Part shown: piece by piece, positions 47,099 through 60,579 of the stretch
How positions within the stretch are numbered: the first letter of the stretch is position 1
Layout of the letters: each line of letters starts with the position of its first letter
Source of the DNA: Macrostomum lignano
Taxonomy: Eukaryota
NCBI GenBank assembly: GCA_002269645.1
Contig: NIVC01000978.1
Location: 310,001-374,000 of the forward strand
DNA length: 64,000 bases
Direction: 5' to 3'
Translations under genes and position numbers: made by a program
Notes under the pieces: model-generated
Databases searched by the model: none
What the model was told of the DNA's origin: nothing
What the model saw: only the letters and a program-made list of their open reading frames with translations

Positions 47099-48902
47099 GC
47101 ACCCACATCTATTTTAATTATCAAATTATAGGGTTTTTTGCTAAACAGCGGTTGGTGGCAGAATGCTACTCATAGTACCATGGTCCGGGACGTACATCCA
47201 GAAGGACCAGAATATAGGATCAGAATGATTTGATCAAAACGCAGAGTAAAACCGTCTTCATGAAAACAGCCCCTCTGCTCAGATCTTTACGAACTTCTAT
47301 AGTTTTACTCACATATTTAAATGCTCTATTTACTTTATTTAGCGTTACTTCAAAATGTAACAGGCCTAAATTAAACAAGTACATGCTTAAATAAATCCGT
47401 TTGAAACAGATTTAGGTTTTAAACCATAGGGTTCAAAATTTATTTTCATCGATAAAGAGAATTAGTTTAAATATTTGAACTGCTTGCTTGCAGCAGCAGC
47501 GGGACGACAGATTCAATTTTTCAGTTATTGTGAATTGTATGTGTGGTAGGCCGGTCTACCACTGGGGCTTCGGCAACAGTTGGCGACGCGCGGAACGCCT
47601 CCACCCGGCGGACGATTCTTTGACGTCATTTCGGCTCCCCCGGTTGAACTATCTTCTCCCCCCCGTTGTTCCCACCCCCGCGGTCCATCAGTTGCCCCTT
47701 CCCTTGGTCCCGCTTTGTTTTGCCGTTTTCCACCCGGGTTTGTCCACTTTTTCCCACCGGTGTTCCCCCCTGTGTTCCCCCTGGTGTCCCCCTGATTGTT
47801 TTTTGCGTTCTTTTGGTATTTAATCCTTGGCGTTGCTTTAGTTTGTCAACCCCCCTTTTCCATCTTTTCCTTCTTTCTTCTTGGTTGTTTTAGTTTGATC
47901 TTATAGGCCGAGACTTAACTTAGCCTTATTATAGTTTTCTGATAGTTGCACGGCACTGTCTCGTAATCATCCGTCTAATTGTAGTGTGTAACAATTACTC
48001 TATCGCCTAACTTCATTTAAGTCAATTAGCTTGTCTTTTATTCAATTAACTTCGTGAGTAATAATAATTTTCTTAATCACTGACTACCGCAAAATAAATC
48101 GATATAATAAATAACGAGCAATAATAATAAGTTTTATATTAAATTTATCCAGTTAAACTTCATCGAAGCCGTTAGTTTATATTGAGTTTTTTGCCCGCGG
48201 GGCGTAAAATAACCAATCAGTCTCAACTCAAAGAAAGCTCTGAGACCCTCAACGTTCCGTAAAACGACATTTACGGTGGTGGCAGCGCTACTTTACTACC
48301 GAGAGTAACACAACTAGCAATCTCGACGAATTACGAGTTTACGGTGTCTGAGGACCCATTCTGAACGACTCGGGCCGCTACTAGACCGCTCGACTGCGAT
48401 TACGACTACCCTCCCCCCGGAATTGAGGACCCGGCAGACGGAGTAACCAAGGAGAAGAATCAGCGCATGAATTCGTGCATTTTCCGGCTTTATTCGTGCT
48501 TCTACAACGCCGGCGGCAATTCAAACGAGGAATCCGCCCCACCTCACTGGTGTCAGCAAATTTTCGAAACCGAGAGTTTCCAAGAAAAATTCTTCTCCAC
48601 CCCAGCTCATATGACCGCGCACACGCGCACGCACGCACGTTAACTGTAGTGGTAAGCTTGTTGACCTTAGCCCTCCGTCTCCGGTAACCAGTCACAACCA
48701 CGACAAATCCCAGATCTCTCTGTCCTCGTCTTGGCTTCGGATTACTTCTAACCAGCCCTCCAGAATCAGCATTGAGTTAGACTGAGAGCTTGACGAGTTT
48801 TAAACTTGAATTAAGGTTAAGCAGCATAGATTGCTATAGAAAAGTTTTATTAATATAGGATAGGATTTTAAGCCTACTAAAGTATCCTGAGAAATTCAGA
48901 CA

Positions 48903-51900
48903 ATGTCATTTTTTATTATTTCTTTCTTTGTCTTGGTTGCAATGTGTGTTGGGTTATATTTTTATTCAAGAAAGAGTGGGACTAAAATTGAAGGCAGCAG
49001 TGATCCAGGATTTGTATACTTTAGAAATCTCTACTTGGTTGTTTATCTTCTTGGAATGGGTAAGTGTACTTATTTTATTTTTTATTATATAGCCTAGCTA
49101 GGACCTATTCTGACCATTTAATAGTTCACTATTGACTTGACCTAGGCCTAAGCCAGAGCCATCCTGGCTAATTTGATTATATAAAAGATCTTTTAATCCC
49201 CTATATTATACACCACACTTATAGACACGGCCGCCATGTCTATTTAAGTTTCTGCATTAGATATAGCCACCATGTCTAAGTATGAATATAGACCTAGTCA
49301 CTATTAGAGACATGGCCGCCGTGTCAATGAAACTTGCATGGCAGCCGTGTCATTAATATTGAATGGGTTCACACTTAGAGACATGGTGGGTGGCTGTATA
49401 ATTGCTGATATACATGTAAGCACATTAAATTCAACTTTAATTATTACAATATGGCATAATTCCATTGTTACTAATAGCCTTTTTTATTATAATATAAAAT
49501 ATAACCAATACTTATCAATAGTATATTTATAATGACTTTTTGATATATAGTAAGCTCTATAAGGTTCCTGATAGAAGAAACAAATTAATTTAAAATGGTT
49601 CTTTGACATGGCTACCCTAGAAGACATTGACATTGATGTATTGATTCTTAATAGATCTTATTTATCTTCTTAGGTTGCTCCACAAGTACTTGCAAGAATG
49701 TGCAAGTTTGACTTACAGATATAGCTACATATATAATTGTGGCTGCACTTTAAGATTTAGTGTTACTCTTATTAAAAATTTAATTTAATTTAATTGTAAT
49801 ATTTTATTTTAATTAAAAAACTTTAAAAGTTTAGGATGCAAAAATTTCTGTTTACTAAAAAAATTTCAAATAAAAAAACTGAGTACTTGAGATTTAAACC
49901 TTGCTATATGCAATCACAAGGCAATTGAGACATATCTACTAAGCTATCATTTGCTTATAAGAGAGCCTTATAGAACATGCATTTTATATCAATGATTATA
50001 GCCATGCCTATAAGCTCCAATATTATAGGCACGGCTACTGTGCCATGCTTATAAACTCTAATATTATAGATACAGCTGCCGTGCCATGCCTATAAACTCC
50101 AATATTAGAGACACGGCCGCCATGCCATGCCTATAAGCTCTAATATTATAGACATGGCTGCCATGCCTATAAGCTCCAATATTATAGACACGGCTGCCAT
50201 GCCTATAAGCTCCAATATTATAGACACGGCTGCCATGCCTATAAGCTCCAATATTATAGACACGGCTGCCGTGCCTATAAGCTCCAATATTATAGACATG
50301 GCTGCCATGTCATGCCTATAAGCTCCAATATTATAGACAGGGCTGCCATGCCATGCCTATAAGCTCCAATATTATAGACACGGCTGCCATGCCTATAAGC
50401 TCCAATATTATAGACATGGCTGCCATGCCCTTAAGCTCCAATATTATAAACACGGCTGTCGTGCCTATAAGCTCCAATATTATAGACACGGCTGCCATGC
50501 TGTGCCTATAAGCTCCAATATTATAGACAAGGCTGCCATTGAAACGAAAAATTATATGGCTTTTTCCCATATTATCGTTTCCTTCTGCCAACAGTTCAGG
50601 AAGACAACGAACAATGGACCTCGATGGTAACTTTCTCTGTGTGATCTCTAGAGTCACATTCTCAAACTTCAGGCGAGGATCTTTCCTCTTCAATCAGTAT
50701 ATTTTATAAGCTAGCACACTGTACGCAAGCAACGAGGAATAGGAGCAGTAGGGGGAGAGAGTGGGATTTCAAGGCCCAATAGGCAGTGTCGGTCAGAGGT
50801 TGTGCATGCATCACGCGAGGGTCGCATGGCTGGGCTTCTTGCTCGCCGATCATCAGGACTATTTTTAGGCATGCAGATCTTGTGCATCTGGGGAGTTGCT
50901 GCCAAGGCTGGATGCTTGTTCACGCATCACGCGCGTGTCGGCTGATTTCTCCCATCCTCTTGCTATCGGCGCCTTCGTTTCACTTCAGTCGCTCTTTTTT
51001 CAGGGAAGCGAGGCCCTCCAAGCTCTGTTGAAAATAAGCTTGGAGCAATGATGACATGGCGTACAGTTGTGCATTTGCTTGCGATACGCAGTCCTACTTG
51101 GTAACTTGCAATTGAGTTGATGTTGTTGAAACACGAAACTTGGTCAAGGGGCAAAGTGAACTTGTGACAACAGTGGATGAATTGTACCAGCATATCCTCT
51201 TGACTATTTAATCAGATCTGAGAGGGGGTTGACGTGAACTCGGAAACTCGACAAATTGAATGGGCTTTTCGATGCCCTAAACAGTGACGCAAATAGGACT
51301 GGACACGGAGACTCGACAAATTGAAACAGCGTCTGGTAGACAGTCAGATCGGGATGCTGGCTGAAGGTACATTGCAGTTAAATAGGACGTCGAAAAATAC
51401 CGTCTTGACCAAATTGATTGTGTAGATCTCTCAACGAGAGTTTCTTCTTGGAAGGGTAAACTGCGTCGCTTCTTGATCTTCGTCCATTGGTCTTGTTTAG
51501 TTCGAAGTTTTCCTTTACTGAAGGCAGGAAAGTCTCAGTTCTCGATTCATTCGAATGGCTGTTGAAGACATGCAGCAGAGCGATAACTGCATGGGGTATC
51601 TGAGACTTCTGTCTAGCGGCGACTCACGCAGTCAGTGGAACCAATTGAAACGAAAAATTATATGGCTTTTTCCCATATTATCGTTTCCTTCTGCCAACAG
51701 TTCAGGAAGACAACGAACAATGGACCTCAATGGTAACTTTCTCTGTGTGATCTCTAGAGTCACATTCTCAAACTTCAGGTGAGGATCTTTCCTCTTCAAT
51801 CAGTATATTTTATAAGCTAGCACACTGTACGCAAGCAACGAGGAATAGGAGCAGTAGGGGGAGAGAGTGGGATTTCAAGGCCCAATAGGCAGTGTCGGTC

Positions 51901-54900
51901 AGAGGTTGTGCATGCATCACGTGAGGGTCGCATGGCTGGGCTTCTTGCTCGCCGATCATCAGGACTATTTTTAGGCATGCAGATCTTGTGCATCTGGGGA
52001 GTTGCTGCCAAGGCTGGATGCTTGTTCACGCATCACGCGCGTGTCGGCTGATTTCTCCCATCCTCTTGCTATCGGCGCCTTCGTTTCACTTCAATTTTAA
52101 TAAATTGCCTAAATTATCTCTTATTCATGGTTAACAGTGATTTTGTCTAATTTTTTATTTGCCTTTTGTTTTGCCATCTTTTTGTTACACTAATTTTTAT
52201 AGTAGGTTATTTTGTTTGCCAATTTGGTTATTTTGGTTGCTATTAGTTTGAGTCTCAATTGGACTTTTCCAAATTGTAATAAAATGTATACAATAATATA
52301 TGCTTAGGCACAACCTAGGGATTCAGCTGGCCATTTCTATTGGCAATACACATAAGTCACTATTGGACAGAATAATAGTCACATGACTGCTTTCAGCCAA
52401 TAGTGATTTACATGTGTGTTGCCAATGGAAATGGCCAAGTGATTCCCAAGGTTGTGCATGTAAATATAAGGGGTATCCCAAAAGTTCTTGGAATGTCTGA
52501 TGTAGCTCTTCAATGGAGCCGGGAAATTTCCTGCCCATGGTGTCAAATTAAAGGAAATTTTGTCACAAAGAAAACAAAGTTAAAATCATGTTGATAATAT
52601 TGATATCTTTTTTTATTTAGGAGCTGCAGCAAAAAAACATGTGCAAAGGTCAGGGGTAGTGTTACACAATCTCAAAAATCTATGGCAATGATTTTAAACA
52701 ATAAACACAGAACAGTTCATACCATTGATGAATCCTTGGGGCATGCACCAATTAAAAATTCAAAGCAAATCATCAAGCTCAACCTGTGGCTTCTCTATGT
52801 AGTCCCCATTCAGTTGGACACACCTCTGCCACCTTGAAAGCATGCTGTTGATGGCCTGGCCAAAAACAGTTTCAATCTGTTGATAGGATGTCTCGCCACC
52901 CAACGTGCAAGAATGGCCAGAGCGTGGCTGATAATTCATAGCAGACTGGCCATCTCTAAAGTGTTCGATCCATCTATAAATGGCAGCTTTTTCAGGCTGT
53001 TCTTGATGAGAGATTAGACATTTTAACTTTGTTTTCTTTGTGACAAGATTTATTTTCATTTGACACCATGGGCATGAAATTTCACGGCTCCATTGAAGAG
53101 CTATATTAGACATTCCGGAAACTTTTGGGACAACCCTCGTAATAGTAAAATGTGCTATGCAAAAATTGTAAATATAACTCTATAGTATATAATTTAGTAG
53201 ATTCTTAGTTTTGTGCTTTGCAATATTATTTATTAATCTAGATATTGATCTAACAGGGATTTTGTTATTCTAGAAGCCCCATCATGAAAAGTATTATCCC
53301 ATTTAGATTAGTATTGCAATGGGATGGTTGATTTTAGGTCTTAGGGCATTATTTTTAAATAGATTTTAGTAGATGTTGATCTAAGGGGGTGTACTAGAAA
53401 AGTAGGATGCATTTTTTGTCCCAAAAATTTGCAGAGAATTTGCACCAGAAGCCTCTGTCTTTACAAGCATGCTTTTTTCCTAAAAAAATTGCAGAAAGAA
53501 TTTGCACCAGAAGCCCTATCTTGACAACTACTATGTAGCTAAGCCTAAAAGACAAAAGGCAGTTTAATCAGAAAAAAAGAAACAAGCAAACAAAAAGAAA
53601 AACATAATAATAAAACAAAAAAACAAGCTAAAAATTAACCAATTATAATCCAAAGCTGGCTAATCTAGCTAGCTAGTGAAAAGCAAAAAGTTGCAAAAGT
53701 TGCAAAAATGCACACCTGAAAGAGTATAAACTTTACTACTAGTTACTAATTAGATGATGAGGCATTTAGCCTCAATATAGATATAGTTGCTTTTGCCATC
53801 ATTATTATTGCTAGCATATGATAAAATATATTTTTTCTATTTGTTTAATTTATAAAGAGCTTCAGGTAATGGTCTATTATAATTATTATTTTATTTTACA
53901 GATAATTCATTAGAACAAAAATATTTTTATCTATTCTAGTCTTGGGCCCAAGCAACTAATAATATATAATTGTTAATATGGCCCATTTATTTAACTCCCA
54001 ACTCTTATTTGCTATGATTTAATTTTATGAAAAATACTACTAAAATCATAATGCCATTTGGCACCTGGAGCCAAAAAAAGCAGGATGCTACCCTAATCAC
54101 TTAAGAGTTAAATTTAAGAATTTTTCCATACCCTTTTACATTGCTAAAATAAACTCATAGCAGTATAACATAAAGCTAAAGTAAATGATAATTGTTATAT
54201 AAAATGCTTCATCTTCACACCCAATTATGTTAGCTGGCGACTGGCTGCAAGGCCCCTATGTGTACGCCCTGTATGAGCACTACAAGCTGTCCAAGCGGGA
54301 TATTGAGTTCCTATTCGTTGCCGGATTCGGAGCCAGCATGCTGTTTGGCACTGTTGTCGGCTCTTTTTCCGATAAATTTGGTCGCCAACGTAACTGCATT
54401 CTGTATGGCATTATCTACAGCTTGTCCTGTCTGACTAAGCACTCCAGCAATTTCTGGGTACTGTTGCTAGGCAGGTTGCTAGGCGGCACAGCTACTAGTA
54501 TACTGTGGAGTGGCTTTGAAACCTGGCTGATACACGAGCATCATAGTAGAGGCTACAGCGATAGGCTACTAGAAGAGATTTTTAGTTGGGCCACTATCGG
54601 CAATAGCATCGTAGCCATTGTGTGCGGCGTTGCTGCCCAATACGCTGTAGACCTATTCGGCTATGTTGCTCCATTCGATATGGCTCTGATCATTCTAGTC
54701 ATTATGACCGTCATTGTTTGGCTAAAATGGCCGGAAAACTACGGCGATGCCAGTGCAGATTTGAAGAAGAACTTCTCTGACGCTTTGACAACTGTGCGCA
54801 CTGATAGGAGAGTCTTGTGTCTGGGCGTTGTACAGTCCCTGTTCGAGGGCAGCATGTACTGCTTTGTACTGGAATGGACTCCGGCGCTGACTCCGTCTGC

Positions 54901-57900
54901 TGCCTGTGAGATATTCTCACCCCTATTGGAATAAGTGTTAAAAACCCGCGGACGCGCGCTTTAGAAAAGAGTCAAACTATTTTACCGCGCTTTAGGATTA
55001 TTAGAGATGTTCCGAAAGATCTGCAGTTCTTTCGGAAATTTTGAAATCAAAATTCGCTAACTTTCCAAAATCAAAATTGAAATTTCCCGAAATCATAATT
55101 CAGAAAAACAAAGTTTAAAATGATCAACACTCACTTTTTTACTTTCAATTTACTGCTTAAGCAAAAAGTAATACATGTATATGTAGTAGAAAGTAGTTTA
55201 TTTTTAGCAACTTTTTAGACACTACCAAAATTTTCACTTCTAAATTATTTCGAAATTGAAATTCGCTCTAAAAAATTTCAAATTTTGGAAAATTGAAATT
55301 GAATTTTTGGAACATCTCTAAGCTTAATAAATTACGAGTGTATAAGCCCCTTCAACAGAGGTATTATACCCATTTCCATGTATATGTATTTGCTAGAGCA
55401 GCAGCCAGTAAGAAAGGGCAGCGCACGCAGGCGCTGCGCCTGTGCGCGCGCTGCGCTTTAGAAAAATTTCAAAAGTGCGCTGGACACCGTCCGCGGTTTT
55501 ACAACTTTTTCCTATAGGGATTCTCACTTCTTTGGGGGGGTGGAATTTCCCAAAATACTGAGATAATTTGCGTACTTAATATTGTATTTGGTTAAATGTC
55601 AGTGGAATAAACATACCAGCTTGCCTCTTCGGTGATCATTGGGTGGTGACGTCATTCCTATTACACTTTCTGTCGCGTAATATAACTATAACTTCCTCAT
55701 CATTGGTCTTTTTCGTCCTACCATCCGTTTTTCACAATTTGCTTTCCATCATGCGCTCAAACTGATCAGAGTCTAATCTTTTTAATATCTGTCCCTCAAA
55801 TAACTTTTCCATATCCTGTTCTTTCCCAGTTCCCTTTCCTCTCTCTCCTGACCTAACCTCCCTCTCACCCTCTCCCCCCCCCTTTGTCTCTCCATCTCCC
55901 TTTCCCTCTCTCACTCTCCCTCTCACTCTCCCTCTCTCTCTCCTTCCCTCCTCTCTTTCTGTCTGCCTCTCTCTCCTTCCCTTCCCTCTCTATCTCCCAC
56001 TTTTCTCTCCCTCTCCCTCTTAACCTCTCCGTCATTTCTACGTCTTCGTCAATGCACAGCTCTCATACTGTGACTGTCCCGCCCTACCCAGCCACCATGA
56101 GCAGCGGTCACGCGGGCAAAATCCCGCACGGCTACATCTTCGCGGCCTACATGGTTAGCCTGATGATTGGCGGCCAGTTGTTCTCGTTCTGCTGCAACCG
56201 GTCCAAGCCGGAGTCCTTCATGCGCTGGGTGTTTGGCCTGAGCTCAGTCTGTCTGGTTCAGCCAGCCCTGATGCGCAGTGATTCGCTGATCCCAATCACC
56301 TTTGTTGGCTTCCTTGTGTTCGAGTGCTGCGTTGGACTGTTCTGGCCGGCTATTGGCACTATGAGGAGCAAATATGTGCCGGATTCCAGTGAGTTTGGGC
56401 TTTGGATAAAGACTTGATTGATTAAAACACATAGATTGTCTAAACTATGTTAAGATTTGTGGTCAGACAAAGACCTGAAATGTGTGTCTTATGAGATCAT
56501 CTGAATGGACAAAGACCTGGAATTTCTGTTGAGTTATCTGAGATCATCTGAATTGACAAAGACCTGGAATTTCTGTTGAGTTATCAGAGATTATCTGAAT
56601 GGACAAAGACCTGGAATGTTTGTTGAGTCATCAGAAATCATCTGAATGGACAAAGACCTGGAATGTCTGTTGAATCATCAGAGATCATCTGAATGGACAA
56701 AGACCTGGAATGTCTGTTGAGTTATCAGAGATCATCTGAATGGACAAAGACCTGATATGTCTGTTGAGTGATCAGAGATCATCTGAATGGACAAAGACCT
56801 GAAATGTCTGTTGATTGATCAGAGATCATCTGAATGGACAAAGACCTGATATGTCTGTTGATTGATCAGAGATCATCTGAATGGACAAAGACCTGGAATT
56901 TCTGTTTGGATTATCAGAGATCATTTGAATGGACAAAGACCTGGAATGTCTGTTGAGTTAGTAATGAGGTAATCGTACCGCACAACCCGCAGTTCGCGCC
57001 ACCATCATGAACCTGTTCCGTATCCCGCTCAACCTGGTTGTGGTGATTATTCTAACTCAGAATTTTCCAATCGTGTTCATCTTCAAGTGCTGCGTATTTT
57101 TCCTGATCATCTGCTGCGGCATTCAGTTCTACTTGGAACGGTGAGCCGAGTTCGCGTTTAGTATTGCTTTTGTCAGCCTAACTGAGAATAAAGCCACCCA
57201 AAATGAGAATCCTGCCTACGCTGACTGCGAAGGGCCTGGCTGCGTGCAGCCTTAGTCTATGGGCCATAGACAATAAAGGACAAGCAAAGTGATAAAAAGC
57301 CATCCAGTGTGAGAATCGATTGGTCTATGCGTCGTATTCTTTTATTTTTATACCTTCTGAGCTTCTGAGCCATATGACTAGCCAATCCTAGCTTATCCTT
57401 TATAGTCTATGGCTCATAGACTAGGCTGGACCCAGCTAGGCCCTTCGTATTCAGCGTAGGCAGGATTCTCACATTGAATGGTTTTTTATCACTTTGCTTA
57501 TCCTTTATAGTCTATGGCCCATAGACTAAGGCTGCACGCAGCCAGGCCCTTCGCAGTCAGCGTAGGCAGGATTCTCACTTTGGATGGCTTTATTCTCAGT
57601 TAGGCTGACAAAACCAATACTGATGCCAATGAGTTCAGTGGGCTATAATCTCTGTTTACATGAGTTCTGCTAAGTAGCTTTGCGCGTCTGGGCCTTAAGC
57701 CTAACAAAATCCATTAGGACTAAGGCATGTTTTTTTCTCGTGGGCAAACACACTCTGCACTATTGAAATGGATAACAGCTGTGCAAAATGCATTTCCTGC
57801 TTTTCGCAAAATTGGCATTCGTTAAGTAGCATTTAGAATTGACTTAATCTGTCTATTTTATGGCTAGGAAACTCAATAAACTTCTAATCTCTCTGAATCT

Positions 57901-59720
57901 CAATCGGTAGTTTCAGAATCTCAATCGGTAGTTTCTGAATCTCAATCGGTAGTTTCTGAATCTCAATCGGTAGTTTCTGAATCTCAATCGGTAGTTTCTG
58001 AATCTAAATCGGTAGTTTCTGAATCTCAATCGGTAGTTTCTGAATCTCAATCGGTAGTTTCTGAATCTCAATCGGCAGCTTCTGAATCTCAATCGGTAGT
58101 TTCTGAATCTCAATCGGTAGTTTCTGAATCTCAATCGGTAGTTTCTGAATCTCAATCGGTAGTTTCTGAATCTCAATCGGCAGCTTCTGAATCTCAATCG
58201 GTAGTTTCTGAATCTCAATCGGTAGTTTCTGAATCACAATCGGTAGTTTCTTAATCACGATCGGTAGTTTCTAAATCACAATCGGTAGTTTCTAAATCAC
58301 AATCGGTAGTTTCAGAATCTCAATCGGTAGTTTCTGAATCTCAATCGGTAGTTTCTGAATCTCAATCGGCAGCTTCTGAATCTCAATCGGTAGTTTCTGA
58401 ATCTCAATCGGTAGTTTCTGAATCACAATCGGTAGTTTCTGAATCTCAATCGGTAGTTTCTGAATCTCAATCGGTAGTTTCTGAATCTCAATCGGTAGTT
58501 TCTGAATCTCAATCGGTAGTTTCTGAATCTCAATCGGTAGTTTCAGAATCTCAATCGGTAGTTTCAGAATCTCAATCGGTAGTTTTTGAATCTCAATCGG
58601 TAGTTTCTGAATCTCAATCGGTAGTTTCTGAATCTCAATCGGTAGTTTCTGAATCTCAATCGGCAGCTTTTGAATCTCAATCGGTAGTTTCTGAATCTCA
58701 ATCGGTAGTTTCTGAATCACAATCGGTAGTTTCTTAATCACGATCGGTAGTTTCTAAATCACAATCGGTAGTTTCTAAATCACAATCGGTAGTTTCAGAA
58801 TCTCAATCGGTAGTTTCTGAATCTAAATCGGTATAGTTTCTGAATCTCAATCGGTAGTTTCTGAATCACAATCGGTAGTTTCTGAATCTAAATCGGTAGT
58901 TTCTGAATCTCAATCGGTAGTTTCAGAATCTCAATCGGTAGTTTCTGAATCACAATCGGTAGTTTCTGAATCTAAATCGGTAGTTTCAGAATCTCAATCG
59001 GTAGTTTCTGAATCTAAATCGGTAGTTTCAGAATCTCAATCGGTAGCTTCTGAATCTCAATCGGTAGTTTCTGAATCTCAATCGGTAGTTTCTGAATCTA
59101 AATCGGTAGTTTCTGAATCTCAATCGGCAGCTTCTGAATCTCAATCGGTAGTTTCTGAATCTCAATCGGCAGCTTCTGAATCTCAATCGGTAGTTTCTGA
59201 ATCTCAATCGGCAGCTTCTGAATCTCAATCGGTAGTTTCTGAATCTCAATCGGTAGTTTCTGAATCACAATCAGTAGTTTCTTAATCACGATCGGTAGTT
59301 TCTAAATCACAATCGGTAGTTTCTGAATCACAATCGGTAGTTTCTGAATCACAATCGGTAGTTTCTGAATCACAATCGGTAGTTTCTGAATCACAATCAG
59401 TAGTTTCTGAATCACAATCGGTAGTTTCTGAATCAAAATCAGTAGTTTCTGAATCACAATCGGTAGTTTCTAAATCACAATCGGTAGTTTCTGAATCTCA
59501 ATCGGTAGTTTCTGAATCACAATCAGTAGTTTCTGAATCACAATCGGTAGTTTCTGAATCAAAATCATTAGTTTCTGAATCTCAGCCAGTCTTGAGTGCA
59601 TTTCAAATAAATTTGTTTTCCAGGCTCACTCGTGATGAAGCCCCGGTGGAGTCTGCAGATAGTCAGACGGGAGCGAAGTCTACGGAAAATGACCAAGGAG
59701 AGTTTCAGGGCATCGCCTGA
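48903..59720 (+). CDS. MFSD5: Molybdate-anion transporter MFSD5 (MFS); exons 48903-49058, 54234-54905, 56092-56388, 56993-57140, 59624-59720
   Basis: YLLGM|AGDWLQGPYVYALY, LFVAGFGASMLFG, GRLLGGTATSILWSGFETW, QSLFEGSMYCFVLEWTP, IPHGYIFAAYM, IRATIMNLFRIPLN; phases 1/1/1/2 are consistent. The exon 1 end lies within 1 nt of the stated position. Confidence 0.9.
50000..50539. repeat. 36-bp minisatellite (41-bp variants) in MFSD5 intron 1
   Basis: ATAGACACGGCTGCCATGCCTATAAGCTCCAATATT. Confidence 0.93.
50540..52093 (-). mobile_element. TRIM-like non-coding LTR element (448-bp LTRs, 658-bp interior)
   Basis: Direct repeats 50540-50987 and 51646-52093 with TG...CA ends and 3 mismatches; on the minus strand a TGG-initiated PBS-like TGGTTCCACTGAC follows one LTR and purine-rich AAAAAAGAGCGAC precedes the other. 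No TSD found. Confidence 0.75.
52467..53139 (-). mobile_element. Internally deleted mariner-type DNA transposon
   Basis: ~130-bp inverted ends flanked by TA; right end reads TA|CGAGGGTTGTCCCAAAAGT; remnant AIYRWIEHFRDG...PRSG fused to RWQRCVQLNGDYIEK. Confidence 0.85.
56490..56958. repeat. 47-bp minisatellite, ~10 copies, in MFSD5 intron 3
   Basis: TCTGAATGG at 56641 and 56688. Confidence 0.94.
57160..57621. mobile_element. Foldback/MITE-like element with ~158-bp inverted arms, MFSD5 intron 4
   Basis: Arms 57160-57317 and 57464-57621 are near-perfect reverse complements; internal GTCTATGG(G/C)CCATAGAC palindromes. Confidence 0.8.
57890..59582. repeat. 21-bp minisatellite TTTCTGAATCTCAATCGGTAG, ~80 copies, MFSD5 intron 4
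   Basis: 7-aa periodic spurious ORFs (IEIQKLP). Confidence 0.97.
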
Positions 59721-60579
59721 ATCCGAGATAAGGTTTTCAAGAACGATTTTTAGGCCTATGCTCTTTTTCTGTTGGCTAGCTGTCCTATATGATTTCTAAA
59801 ATTTTCTTCGGTTTTTAAAAGAAATCTTTTGCTTGAGTTTTTATTGTTATTAAATAAACGTTTGCTTCTACCTGAAGAATGGGACTTTATTAAGACAGAC
59901 AAATAGACAGACAGACAGACAGACAGACAGATGGAGTGATTGTCTGACAGTTATAAACTGAATAACCAATATTTATTATTATATTTTATCATCAGTGCCT
60001 GTTATATATTCTACTATAAATAGCACAGTGTGATAATTATGACATTCCATTACGTCTGTTTTTGTTAAAGTACCATTTTTCAATAATCTGTCTATCAATA
60101 GTACGTAACTTATTTTATTTTTTATTCAAAAAATCACCACGTTCCTGGTTAGCTACTGACAAGTATGCGGAAAGTAGTATAATATGTAAATTAGCTGAAT
60201 GGGTGATAGCTAATATTTGAAATTAGCGCTGATATAATCGGAATTGGCTTACCCTATACACACACTATACTCGCTGTCATTTCATCATTTCATCTGTTTA
60301 GCTAGATTTTGTAGTTTCACGTTCTTAATAGTATGTAAAAATGCACGCGTGCTGTTTATTGATGCGTGTGCGTACTTTACTTTTCTATTGTTTCATTTTT
60401 TAACGAACTATCAAAACGTTGTTGGAGTTTTTACGGTTTTTTTGTCTAAGTTTGTTTTTGCTGCTCTTAGTAATGCCTTAATAAAATCGTTCTGTTTTCT
60501 GAAAAATTGACTCTTGAGATACTTTAACCTTTTAATTTCAAGTCCAGAATCACCTTTCAGCTAATACTCAGAAGTGTAG

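Noticed and set aside
47241-47258. Minus-strand AAGACGGTTTTACTCTGC resembling flatworm spliced-leader sequence
   Set aside because: No 5' CCGT stem partner, no terminal ATG|GT and no Sm site; likely chance.
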